Below, piece by piece: positions 51,983 to 61,812 of a DNA stretch of 64,000 bases. How positions within the stretch are numbered: position 1 is the stretch's first letter; the number at the start of each line of letters is the position of its first letter. This stretch comes from Promethearchaeia archaeon (lineage in GTDB: Archaea > Asgardarchaeota > Lokiarchaeia > Sigyniarchaeales > SOKP01), in the NCBI GenBank assembly GCA_046497275.1, contig JAWOFX010000078.1, positions 3,024-67,023 on the forward strand. The letters are read 5' to 3'. The position numbers were made by a program, and so were the translations under genes. Below the pieces are notes generated by a model that did not search any database, had not been told where the DNA came from, and was given only the letters and a program-made list of their open reading frames with translations.

Positions 51983-52049
51983 AATTGCGCATTCAATTTC
52001 ACAAATATGTGAAGAACTATAAATTACTATTTGTTCGCAATTAATATAA

Positions 52050-52424
52050 TTAAAAATTTAATAAATTTAAAATTACTAAGCTAACAGAAGTGAAAAGAAT
52101 TATTCCAAACATCAGAACAAATACCCACTGTTTTTTTTGTCCGTAATATCCTGCTGAATTGATGACTGCATAAATTACTAATCCCATAGCGAGAATGAAA
52201 AATGTAGATGCCCAAGAGAGTCTAATAAGAAGAAGAATTCCACTGAGTAGAGAAAGAATCCCCATAGACATTTCAGCAGTTATATGAAATCTTATTTCTA
52301 TACTTTGTGTTTTTAATTCTGGTACCTGATTTGTTAGAAGCAACATTGCCCAAAGCCCTATAATTCCTATCCCAATGATTATTGCATATATTCCACTAAT
52401 TATTTGAAGAACGATTTTTCTCAC
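52050..52424 (-). CDS. Four-TM membrane protein
   Basis: Hydrophobic segments. Confidence 0.5.
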   Translation of the reverse strand: MRKIVLQIISGIYAIIIGIGIIGLWAMLLLTNQVPELKTQSIEIRFHITAEMSMGILSLLSGILLLIRLSWASTFFILAMGLVIYAVINSAGYYGQKKQWVFVLMFGIILFTSVSLVILNLLNF

Positions 52425-52615
52425 ATTTTTACGTTTTATGACTAGGAATAATAAAGTCTAGTTTAATAAAAAAATTTCTTATATATATTTAAACATTAAT
52501 TCAAGGGTTATATTCAATAGAGATATGAATTTAATTATAATTTTCATTCAAGATTCAGAAAATATAAAGAAAAAACAAGATAAATAAAATAAGTTATTTC
52601 TCTTTTATTTAGTGC

Positions 52616-52714
52616 TTAAGTTAAACCATATTTAATGAGAATTATTATTATAACAACAACAACTAAAATTAACACTCCAATAAATATCCAAAAGGGATCC
52701 AATTTTTTTTTCAT
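52616..52714 (-). CDS. Putative 32-aa single-TM microprotein, absent from the supplied ORF track
   Basis: Hand translation MKKKLDPFWIFIGVLILVVVVIIIILIKYGLT. Confidence 0.35.
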   Translation of the reverse strand: MKKKLDPFWIFIGVLILVVVVIIIILIKYGLT

Positions 52715-52987
52715 CTCTAATTGATTTCTATGTTATCAATATTAAAATTGAATATTTATACTTTTTTAATAATATCTATCTGGTCAAAAAAGGTTATTTA
52801 ATATTATATTCAAAAATTTCAATATAATTTTCACTATCCTTGGTGATTTTTTTAAATTCTTTTCTGGTAATTAATATTTTAGTGGTCCCTTTCTTTTTAT
52901 AATCTAGGCTCAGAATACATTTATTATGATGGATTTCCATTAAATTAATGTGGAAACCAATATTAATAATACTCAGGAGATAGTAAT

Positions 52988-54253
52988 ATGAGCGATTTTA
53001 ATCAAAATAATAACTTTTCAACATATTTGAAAGTGATAAATCCGTCAGAAATTCACATTAATAAAGAAGATATATTTTATCGTGAAAAATATAAAGAAAT
53101 TATAAATTACTTAAAATTGATTTTAACAGAGTCAAAAGACTTAGAAATTTTTAATTATTTCAATCCAAAAGGTTTATTATTTATTCAAACTAGTCCTGGG
53201 ATCGACTTAATAGACTATCTAAAGTTGATTTGCTCAAATTTTTACATTTATTATGTACAGTTAAGAGAATCTATTATCAATGAGGATCCAACTGGATTTT
53301 TCAATAATTTTCCAACAATATTGAATCAAATCGATGAAATCTTAAAATCGAAAATTAAAAGTCAAACGAAAACTGTGAAAGATCAACAAGATAAAAATTT
53401 AGAATATAATACTGAAAAATTAATAGTGATTAATCAAAATGAGAGACTTACACAGAATTTAGGAGATCAAAATTTATTGAATAAATTTCTCTCCTATTAT
53501 CAAGAAGAGGAAAATCTGAAAGTTTTGCTCGAAAATAAAATTATCATAATATGGATTAATTATGATTATAAAGGAGTATTAACCCATTCAGAGCAATTAT
53601 ATAACATTTTTGATTATGTAATTAGGGTTCCTATACTAAATAAAACCGAACGACAGCAAGTTTTTAGAGAGTTTATGGAAAATAATCCTAAAATCTCATT
53701 TGATATCAATCAATTAGTTGAACTTACTGAAAATTGGGAAGTAAAAGAAATTGATAATTTGCTTAGATTAGCAATTTTAAAACATCATTTTAATTCTGAA
53801 CTAAATACAACCAGTAACGAGATCACAGATAGCATAATAGATTTGATTGAAACTGGAGAATTTATCCCCTATTTTAAGAAGAAAGAACTGAAATATAAAG
53901 AAGATAAGGAAGAAATCTCCTATAAGGAAGTAGGGGGAAAAACAAAAATACCAAACCAAATTATCGAGACAAAAATAAATGATGGCACTAAAGATATTAT
54001 TAATCAAATTGAATCTGAAAAATATTCTGATTTTATGTTAAACCAATTATATGAAAATGCCGCTTCAGAAAATTATAATGAATTAATATTGATTATAGAT
54101 AAATTAGATAAAAAGGAACCTCTCGAAGAGAATGATAGAAAAATATTGTCGAAATTTCCATTCATTCTAAGTTCTTCTCCTTCTAAAGCACAAATACTTT
54201 TAGAAAAAGCAAAAAAAAGGATTGATATGATTACCAAATCTTTTGGAAAATGA
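52988..54253 (+). CDS. Degenerate AAA+ ATPase-like protein (catalytic motifs lost) upstream of smc
   Basis: FNPKGLLFIQTSPGIDLIDYLKLI in place of PKGxLLxGPPGTGKT; IIIIWINYDYKG at Walker B; RVPILNKTERQQVFREFMENNPKISFDINQLVELTENWEVKEIDNLLRLA lid helices. Confidence 0.55.
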   Translation: MSDFNQNNNFSTYLKVINPSEIHINKEDIFYREKYKEIINYLKLILTESKDLEIFNYFNPKGLLFIQTSPGIDLIDYLKLICSNFYIYYVQLRESIINEDPTGFFNNFPTILNQIDEILKSKIKSQTKTVKDQQDKNLEYNTEKLIVINQNERLTQNLGDQNLLNKFLSYYQEEENLKVLLENKIIIIWINYDYKGVLTHSEQLYNIFDYVIRVPILNKTERQQVFREFMENNPKISFDINQLVELTENWEVKEIDNLLRLAILKHHFNSELNTTSNEITDSIIDLIETGEFIPYFKKKELKYKEDKEEISYKEVGGKTKIPNQIIETKINDGTKDIINQIESEKYSDFMLNQLYENAASENYNELILIIDKLDKKEPLEENDRKILSKFPFILSSSPSKAQILLEKAKKRIDMITKSFGK

Positions 54254-54271
54254 GTTGAGTGTTGAAATTAA

Positions 54272-57200
54272 ATGAGTGATGATAAAAAAGATATTATTGG
54301 AAAAAAAGGATCAGATCCATTTTCGGAAAGACAGGTGCATATTCATAAAGTTATATTGGAGAATTTTCTTTCATTTAGGAAGGATGAGGTGGAGTTTAAT
54401 GATAATAAGTTTATCATCATCGTGGGACCCAATTGGAGTGGTAAAAGTTCAATCTATCAATCAATTAAGTTCGTTCTTGGAAGCAATGAACGGGATGAGA
54501 GATATCCGAAATGGTCTGATTTTATTAGATTTGGGCAAGACCATGCCATGGTTGAAATACATATTAAAGATAATTCAGATTTATTAAAAATTAGAAGAAC
54601 CGTCCTTAAAGGACACTCACCTTTTTTTGAACTACAAAGAGGAGGAGAAAAAGATTTTAAGAAGGTAAGAGCAAGTGAGGTTCAAGATTTAGTATCAGAA
54701 TTAAACTATAATCCTGATAATCAGTTTGCATTTGTTAGTCAAGGGAAAATCGATTCTATTAAAGATTTGAAACCAACGGAATTATGTACATTTCTTGAAG
54801 AGGGCATTGGATTAATTGGCATGCGACAAGAAATTTTACAGAAAAAGAATGAAATCGAATCTTTAAAGTATGAATTGCAATCAATAAATACCAAAAAGAA
54901 TTCCTTAAATATCAATTTAGATCTCCTTAGACCAAAATTAGAGAGATTAAAAGAAAAAAACAAATTATTAAAGAAAAAGAGGAAGTTTGAAGATGAGCTT
55001 TTATGGGCGAATCGTCAAAAACTTCTCTTAGAAATAGTAGAATTAACAGATGAAGTCAAAAATTTGAATTCTTTGATTAAAAAAATAGGAAAACAAAAAC
55101 AAGAAAACCTAGATAAAGCAGACTTTTTATCAAGAGAAATTGAAGAACTAGAAGATAAAATAAACGAGTTCTCTAAAAATCTTGGTCAAGAAGAATATAA
55201 GAAGCAAGATTTAGTTGGAAAAATTAAGAAATGGCAAAATGCAAAAGTTGATATGAAAAAAGAACTTGATGACCTTTCTACCAAGATCAAAGCTCAGAAT
55301 AAAAAGTTAGAAAATCTGAAAAGCCAGAAAGACAGTATTGAGGCAAATTTAAACACAATTAAGAGAGATTTAAATAAAATTGAGAAAAATATTGAAGATC
55401 TGATTCAAGAACAAGCAGAATTATCAACAAAAATTGAAGAAAATAAAGCATTTTTAGAAAAATATAACAAATTATCATCAGACAAAGAGGAAAAGCAAAA
55501 TCAAATTCAAGAAAATAAGACTATAATAAACGATATAGTAAATCAAATTAATCAATTATTTCAAAGTTTTAAAGATATAAAGCATAAACTGGAAAAAAAT
55601 AAATGGTTTTTAGAAAACCCTACTAAGAATTTATTAAAAGAGTTGGATGTAGAGTTAGAAAAAGTTTCCTCTGAATTATTTGATATTGAGGAAGATTTAA
55701 AGAGATTAGAGCATGAAAAATCTCGCAAGATGGATGATTTTCGCCGTTTAAGAGGATCTTTAGATGAGAGAAGAATAGTACTTCCTACAAATATTAATAT
55801 ATTAAAAGATGAAATTCGAAAAAGAGATTTACAGGTAAAGGGTCCAATTATCGAATATATCAAATATGATGATAAACTGAGCTATGCTATAGAATCCGTT
55901 TTAGGGGAAAAATTACTTTATAGTTTTGTTGCATCTGATTGGGATACTTTAGATTTATTAAAAAGACTCAAAGAGAAATATAATGCATATTGCAATATTT
56001 ATTTAGCTAAATCTGAAAGTATAAAAGCATATAATAAATTTGAAGCAGAAGGTGTTATCGGTTATTTAGTAGAACTCATAAAAACAAATGACATTGAAAT
56101 TAAGAAAGTTATATATTCGAAGATAAAAAATTGTTTAGTTGTAAAAGATTATAGAAACGGGAAACAATTATATAATCGCTATTCATTTAAAGGGAAATGT
56201 GTAACATTAAAAGGAGAACAAATTATTTCATACAAATACGTATATGAAACACCCTACCGCAAACAATTAAAAGGATTATTAAGTGCGGGTACGCAAAAAG
56301 AACAAGCAGATAGATTAGAAAATGATATAAAAAACCTAAATGATCAAATTTCAGATTTAAAGGTAAATGCGTCTAAATTAGATGAAATTCAACAAGAGAT
56401 CTATAACAAAAAGAGTGCCTTTAACGATTTGCTTTATAATCTTAATCAAAAACAGAGAATCACCTCAAAGAAGAATCAATTATATGAACAGAAGGCTAAA
56501 TTAGAGGAGTTAAATTCCAGATTCTCAGAAGAAATCGAAAATATAGATATAGAGTTAAAAGAATTAGAAAAACAAAAATCCTCAGATTTTTTTAAATATA
56601 ACTCGCGATTAAAAGAGATCCCCAATTTATTAAAGAATCTAAATAAGGAGAAAAAAACTTGGAACCTAAAATTAATTGAGAGCAGTGAGATATTATCTGC
56701 TGTAAATGAAAAAATCAATAAAGTTTCAAATAAAGTTAATAATTTGAATTCGGAGTATAAGACTAAACAAGAAAATTTTCAAAAAGCAGATAGAGAAGCT
56801 TTTGAGATATATCGAGAGTTGGACAAAGTTGAGAATTCTATCAATGAATTAAATCAAGAAATTCAAGAATTTAAGTCTGAGAGGAAGCAAAAACTCTCTG
56901 ATAAAGCAATTTTAGATAAAAAAAAGATAGAAATTGAATTGAAAATTGAACAGGAAACCATTAATTTAAATCAAGCAAAACAAGAATTAAACTCCAAAAA
57001 TGAGGATTTAAAACGTATTGATACAGAAATAGGCGATAAGATAAAACAAAAGGAATTAAAACCAAGGGTTATTCAAGAAATAAAAGAGGATATCCTTGAA
57101 ATTGATAAAAAATTATTGCAATTTTTTGATGTTGATGATTCTATCTTAGTTGAGCGGGACCAAATTTTATCGTCCTTAAAAAAAATTGTTAAAAATCAAA

Positions 57201-57739
57201 AGGATTTGGAGGACGATGTCCAAGCAGCAATCGATACAGAAGATAAATTAGAAAGCACATATTATAAGAAATTTGAATCGGTTCTTGATGAATTGGAGGA
57301 TCGTATCAATAAGAAGTTTGAGGATTCTAATATTAATGTTTATTGTGCTTTAGAGTTAATAGGTGATTTTGAGGAATTAGGAGTTGATATCAAAGCTGCG
57401 ACTTCCAATAAGCCATTAATTTCTTGTACAGCTCTTAGTGGAGGCCAAGTATCAATGGTCTCGATAGCCCTCATCCTCTCATTACAGGAAATGGAGCCGT
57501 CACCTCTATGTATGTTTGATGAAGCAGCTATGTTTTTAGATGATAAAAATGCTGAGATTACTTATGAATTAATTAAATCAACTTTGGAACAGAATCCTAT
57601 TCAAATGTTAATGTTTCTTCCAAAATCTTCTAATGCTTTATATAGATTAGCTGAAAAATTAATTGGAGTAGCAAGAGTAGGTAAAGATGAGGTATCTACC
57701 ATATTCAATCCAAAAATAAAAAATCAAAAAAGTAAATGA
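54272..57739 (+). CDS. smc: SMC-family chromosome maintenance protein
   Basis: N-terminal IIIVGPNWSGKSSIYQSIKFVLG, long coiled coils, hinge (VKGPIIEYIKYDDKLSYAIESVLGEKLLYSFV), C-terminal LSGGQVSMVSIALILSLQEMEPSPLCMFDEAAMFLDD. Confidence 0.93.
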   Translation: MSDDKKDIIGKKGSDPFSERQVHIHKVILENFLSFRKDEVEFNDNKFIIIVGPNWSGKSSIYQSIKFVLGSNERDERYPKWSDFIRFGQDHAMVEIHIKDNSDLLKIRRTVLKGHSPFFELQRGGEKDFKKVRASEVQDLVSELNYNPDNQFAFVSQGKIDSIKDLKPTELCTFLEEGIGLIGMRQEILQKKNEIESLKYELQSINTKKNSLNINLDLLRPKLERLKEKNKLLKKKRKFEDELLWANRQKLLLEIVELTDEVKNLNSLIKKIGKQKQENLDKADFLSREIEELEDKINEFSKNLGQEEYKKQDLVGKIKKWQNAKVDMKKELDDLSTKIKAQNKKLENLKSQKDSIEANLNTIKRDLNKIEKNIEDLIQEQAELSTKIEENKAFLEKYNKLSSDKEEKQNQIQENKTIINDIVNQINQLFQSFKDIKHKLEKNKWFLENPTKNLLKELDVELEKVSSELFDIEEDLKRLEHEKSRKMDDFRRLRGSLDERRIVLPTNINILKDEIRKRDLQVKGPIIEYIKYDDKLSYAIESVLGEKLLYSFVASDWDTLDLLKRLKEKYNAYCNIYLAKSESIKAYNKFEAEGVIGYLVELIKTNDIEIKKVIYSKIKNCLVVKDYRNGKQLYNRYSFKGKCVTLKGEQIISYKYVYETPYRKQLKGLLSAGTQKEQADRLENDIKNLNDQISDLKVNASKLDEIQQEIYNKKSAFNDLLYNLNQKQRITSKKNQLYEQKAKLEELNSRFSEEIENIDIELKELEKQKSSDFFKYNSRLKEIPNLLKNLNKEKKTWNLKLIESSEILSAVNEKINKVSNKVNNLNSEYKTKQENFQKADREAFEIYRELDKVENSINELNQEIQEFKSERKQKLSDKAILDKKKIEIELKIEQETINLNQAKQELNSKNEDLKRIDTEIGDKIKQKELKPRVIQEIKEDILEIDKKLLQFFDVDDSILVERDQILSSLKKIVKNQKDLEDDVQAAIDTEDKLESTYYKKFESVLDELEDRINKKFEDSNINVYCALELIGDFEELGVDIKAATSNKPLISCTALSGGQVSMVSIALILSLQEMEPSPLCMFDEAAMFLDDKNAEITYELIKSTLEQNPIQMLMFLPKSSNALYRLAEKLIGVARVGKDEVSTIFNPKIKNQKSK

Positions 57740-58395
57740 TAGATAATAAAGACTTTTCAGAACGTATTAGTCAAAAAATTAAGGAAATTTATGATAAAGT
57801 AATCACAGGAGAACTTTCTTTACTAGATTATGAGCTAGTTCCAATATTTAATGAATTAAAGGACTCTTTAAGTATTTCTAATATAAATAATTATTCTAAA
57901 ACGTATATAGAAGCATGTAATCTACTCGATACAAAATTTGAGGAATTAAAAGCATTGCTAAATTCTTTTGATGAAGAAAAACAATTTAAAGAATATATAG
58001 AATCCCAACCTTCTGATCAAGAAATTTTATATTTGTTTAATAATTGTTGGATAAAAACCTTTGATTTAAGTATACTTTCTTATGATTTTATAGAAGCTAG
58101 CAAGGAAAGACTAATTCATGAAAAATACAAACCCATTATTATTAAACATCTTAAGAAAGAAAAAAGCAATGATAAATTTATCTTAGAATTACCAAAGCAT
58201 AAATTCACAGAAAAAATGTTGGAATATTTCGATTCAATTAAAGATAAACTTCCATGCTCTTTCTATGAGATTTTTGATGAAGATCTCGATCAAATAGAAC
58301 TATATCAACAATTTGTATATATATTACACCTACTCCAATTAGGAAAAATACAATATCAAGCAGAAACAAATACACTCTATATTCTTGGTGATTAA
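57736..58395 (+). CDS. Kleisin-like (ScpA-type) protein
   Basis: Position after smc (4-nt overlap), small helical N-terminus, C-terminal wHTH ELYQQFVYILHLLQLGKIQYQAE. Confidence 0.7.
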   Translation: MIDNKDFSERISQKIKEIYDKVITGELSLLDYELVPIFNELKDSLSISNINNYSKTYIEACNLLDTKFEELKALLNSFDEEKQFKEYIESQPSDQEILYLFNNCWIKTFDLSILSYDFIEASKERLIHEKYKPIIIKHLKKEKSNDKFILELPKHKFTEKMLEYFDSIKDKLPCSFYEIFDEDLDQIELYQQFVYILHLLQLGKIQYQAETNTLYILGD

Positions 58396-58933
58396 AATAA
58401 ACGAATTATCAATTTTAATGAATTTATTAAGCAAAAAAGTAAATAAATACCAAATTGGAGCTACTAAAACTCAAATTTTGAGTTTTCTTAATTTAGATCC
58501 TAAGAAACACAATCATTATTTTCAAGAACTTATTGTTCAATTATCAAATTATATTAAACTCTTAGGACTTTATATTAGATTTAATCCAATAGATAATCAC
58601 TGGTATATTGGATACGATTTTATAACTTCTAATTTATTATCAGCTAATCCCTTCGAAGATAAACCGAAATTAGCTGCCACATTGTTCTGTGTCTTAGTTT
58701 GTTGTTTAACTAATACAGGAAGCTCAAAAATAAACGAAATCAAGGATTTGAGGAATAAAAAAGGAGTCGTTAAAGATCTTAAAGATTTAGAGGAAATGGG
58801 ATATATAAAGATTAATGAAAAATTGAATGAGGTTAGCCTCACTCCTTTAGTAGGATATCAATTAGATATTCAAAAGTTGTTTACTAAATTAACTTTGAAA
58901 TTAAAAAAAGATAAGGAAGCCGGAAAAGAATAA
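58385..58933 (+). CDS. Kite (ScpB/MAGE-like) winged-helix protein
   Basis: YIKLLGLYIRFNPIDNHWYIGYD...KLAATLFCVLVCCLTNTGSSKINEIKDLRNKKGVVKDLKDLEEMGYI; 11-nt overlap with kleisin gene. Confidence 0.6.
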   Translation: MVIKINELSILMNLLSKKVNKYQIGATKTQILSFLNLDPKKHNHYFQELIVQLSNYIKLLGLYIRFNPIDNHWYIGYDFITSNLLSANPFEDKPKLAATLFCVLVCCLTNTGSSKINEIKDLRNKKGVVKDLKDLEEMGYIKINEKLNEVSLTPLVGYQLDIQKLFTKLTLKLKKDKEAGKE

Positions 58934-59018
58934 AAAGAGAGATTTGTAAAATTATAAATGATGTGATATAATTGAAAGAATCGAAAAAGAAAAAATTTAA
59001 GGAAATCTTTTATTCATC

Positions 59019-59201
59019 TTGGGAAAGGATGGAAAAAATTTTTTAGTAGTAATAGTTATTGGGTTCATTTTCTTCCTTATCTTTATGGGAAACGATGAGA
59101 TATTAAAGATCATAGGATATGTATGTTTATCCATGATATTAGCAATTATAATCCTTTCTATAATAGGAACAATAATTAGTAAAAGAGAAAAGGAAGAATA
59201 A
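59019..59201 (+). CDS. Small two-TM protein
   Basis: Hydrophobic 60-aa ORF ending in charged tail. Confidence 0.4.
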   Translation: MGKDGKNFLVVIVIGFIFFLIFMGNDEILKIIGYVCLSMILAIIILSIIGTIISKREKEE

Positions 59202-59293
59202 GAATAGCAATCTTTAATGTTTTATATTAAAAAATGAAGAAAGATAAAAAATTGAAATAATGTATTAAGTTTCCTACTATAGAATGAAATCAT

Positions 59294-59947
59294 TTATTTT
59301 ACAGAAATTTTTAACATCATTTCAGCCACGTGGTCATTATAAGTCTGAACATCTTCAAATCCTTCTATTTGCTCTGCGCATGTGATAAAGAATTCTCTCA
59401 CATTGATTTTTCTCTTCCCAAAGAATTCTCTTATTTCATCCTTTAATTCTTCCAGTTTTTCAGTTCTATTAGGATCATCTTTCAATAAATCGAGTTTATT
59501 TATAGCAACATGAATATTATCGGGAAAGAATCTGACATCATTAAAAAAGTTAAATTGCTTTTCTATATCTCTATCAAGTGCAAAAACAGCTATGATTTCA
59601 GTTGCAATTCGACTTATGGTTATTACACCCATTTTTACGACTGCTCTTCCTGTATCCCCCCCTGGAGCAAATATTGTGTGTGCCTTGTTTGTATCTTCTT
59701 CACGAAAGACTACTCTATTGGGGTGAATCGTTTTTGTCTCTTTTTCATTTAATTTATTTTCTTTATTTCCCCCTGGGAGGGTAGCTTCTCCAGAGAAATC
59801 TGTTTTCACCACGATACATTTTTTTCCTCCTTCAACATTTTCAATCTGACCTTTATTAAGATATTTAACAAACATGCGCAATATAGAGGTTTTTCCGACT
59901 GAGACATCCCCTAGTAATCCTATGTTTACCATCTGCCTTGCCTCCAA
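59294..59947 (-). CDS. Small P-loop GTPase
   Basis: GLLGDVSVGKTSILRMF, FAPGGD (G3 position), VAINKLDLLK (G4). Confidence 0.85.
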   Translation of the reverse strand: MEARQMVNIGLLGDVSVGKTSILRMFVKYLNKGQIENVEGGKKCIVVKTDFSGEATLPGGNKENKLNEKETKTIHPNRVVFREEDTNKAHTIFAPGGDTGRAVVKMGVITISRIATEIIAVFALDRDIEKQFNFFNDVRFFPDNIHVAINKLDLLKDDPNRTEKLEELKDEIREFFGKRKINVREFFITCAEQIEGFEDVQTYNDHVAEMMLKISVK

Positions 59948-59981
59948 TGGTTTTTAATTAATAGTTGATTCAATTTTCTCA

Positions 59982-60809
59982 TTATAACTCATCTCCGAGA
60001 AGTTTTCTTAATAATGTTTCATAATCCTCAATAAGAAATTGTTCAAGATACGCATTGTTATGGGCGAGAATAAGACTGATAAGTACTTCCTTCAAGTTCT
60101 TAGCCTTTTTGGAATAATTAATAATATTCTCTGGAGTGACTTCCCTATCGAATTCTCTTGTAGCTTCTTCGAACCCAAAATTCTCTCGAGGAGGTAATGA
60201 ATCGAAAAAACCGAATGCTGTATATCCTTCATATTGAAAGAATACAAAGAACCTTGATTTGATCGATTTGATAATATTTGAGAGATATACTGAGGGATAT
60301 AATTCTCCCAAAATGAGATCATCATCTTGCTGGATTACAAAATAAGGTGAGATGGGAGATACTTGCTTTCCATACATTTCTTTTGGAGGTAAGGAAATAA
60401 AAGGTAGCTTCTCGGATATTATAGCCCATAAATCATCACGCTTCTTTTCTAATAATATATCTTTTACTTCTTGGTATGCATAATAAAAATCAGATTGAAG
60501 CGAAAGAAGAGAACTAAGGTATACGGATAAAGAAGCAAAAGTAGCTTCTAAAAGCGGTCTCCTACCACTATCTTTTGCTGATGGCTTTGCTGCTCCCTTC
60601 CAGGCTCTCAAAGCCGAATATGCAAATCCTTGCACATCAAAGAAGCCTCCAGAAAGAAATATAAAGGAAGGTGACTCACCTTCTTCATCTGTAAGAATTT
60701 CATCTGCCTTTTCTGTTAGAGCATCCTCAAGATTATCAACATTATATTCAGAATGCACTTTTGGCATAATAAGCCATTTATTGTCTTTTTTCGCCAAGAT
60801 GAAACACAA
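59982..60809 (-). CDS. Hypothetical protein, co-oriented upstream partner of the small GTPase
   Basis: 275 aa, 34-nt spacing to the GTPase gene. Confidence 0.6.
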   Translation of the reverse strand: MCFILAKKDNKWLIMPKVHSEYNVDNLEDALTEKADEILTDEEGESPSFIFLSGGFFDVQGFAYSALRAWKGAAKPSAKDSGRRPLLEATFASLSVYLSSLLSLQSDFYYAYQEVKDILLEKKRDDLWAIISEKLPFISLPPKEMYGKQVSPISPYFVIQQDDDLILGELYPSVYLSNIIKSIKSRFFVFFQYEGYTAFGFFDSLPPRENFGFEEATREFDREVTPENIINYSKKAKNLKEVLISLILAHNNAYLEQFLIEDYETLLRKLLGDEL

Positions 60810-61149
60810 CTTTTCAATGATATTAATTAGTGAAATTTCAAATTAAATAATATTTACTTTTTTTAAAAGCAATTGTATTATTTTCATTAAACAAATACTA
60901 TATAAGAAGTATAATAGTAACTCTACTTAAATTTTTTTATCATTTCTCATAGAATAATTGATTGATATTAGTCAATTTTTTTTAATTCTGAACCATAAAA
61001 GATTTTATAATATTAATCCAAGACTGAAAACCATCTAAAAAAATTATTTTATTTTTCTCTGTAATTTTGTTGATAATACAATATTACAAAATTTTAAATA
61101 TTTAAATTAAATCTAAAATATCTATCCGAATTTATTTAAAAAGTGATAA

Positions 61150-61812
61150 ATGAGAATGAAAAAAAGTAAAATTTTTATTATTTTCATTATAATCGGTCTT
61201 ATCTTAGCATTCGTAATTGGCCCTATATTTGGGACAACTCTTTCAAAAATTACAAATGATAGCGGAACACAAACAATTTCCGAGGAGAGTGATAGCCATT
61301 TTGCAGAGCGTTATGCACAACCATTTAGACTTAAAAAAGACCAAACATGTTATATCAGATTTTCAAATTTTTATCCAAATATTACCGTTGAACTTATAAT
61401 CCTTACTAAAAACAGTTATCATACCTACTATGAATCAAATGGCACCTCACCAGACACAGGATTAACTTTCATTCTATTAGATAATGATTTGGGAGAGGAA
61501 TATTATAATACTCTTTATTACTCATTAACTTCATACAACATACCTCCATCTGGAGGAACTTATGGTAATAATGTAAGAATTGAATTTCGTGGAAACGGGA
61601 TATCATCCTGGCCAGGAGAATATTATATTGTTGTGGAGGGGTTTAATTCTTACGGTGAAAATGACGAAGTCAAATTTGATATAAATGTAGCGGTTGATGG
61701 TCCTGGTGACACTGTACAGAATATAATGATGATAATTGGAATTATAATAGTAGCAATCGTAGCAGTTATATGGGTTTATTCTATTCTTAAACCAAAGGAG
61801 GGTGAAAGATAA
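61150..61812 (+). CDS. Type I single-pass membrane protein with extracytoplasmic beta-rich domain
   Basis: N-terminal signal/anchor, C-terminal TM VQNIMMIIGIIIVAIVAVIWVYSIL followed by KPKEGER. Confidence 0.55.
   Translation: MRMKKSKIFIIFIIIGLILAFVIGPIFGTTLSKITNDSGTQTISEESDSHFAERYAQPFRLKKDQTCYIRFSNFYPNITVELIILTKNSYHTYYESNGTSPDTGLTFILLDNDLGEEYYNTLYYSLTSYNIPPSGGTYGNNVRIEFRGNGISSWPGEYYIVVEGFNSYGENDEVKFDINVAVDGPGDTVQNIMMIIGIIIVAIVAVIWVYSILKPKEGER

Noticed and set aside
53801-56718. Short ORFs within the pseudo-AAA and smc genes
   Set aside because: Shadow ORFs with no motif support.
59510-59784. Plus-strand ORFs opposite the small GTPase
   Set aside because: Antisense frames; GTPase motifs clearly support the minus strand.
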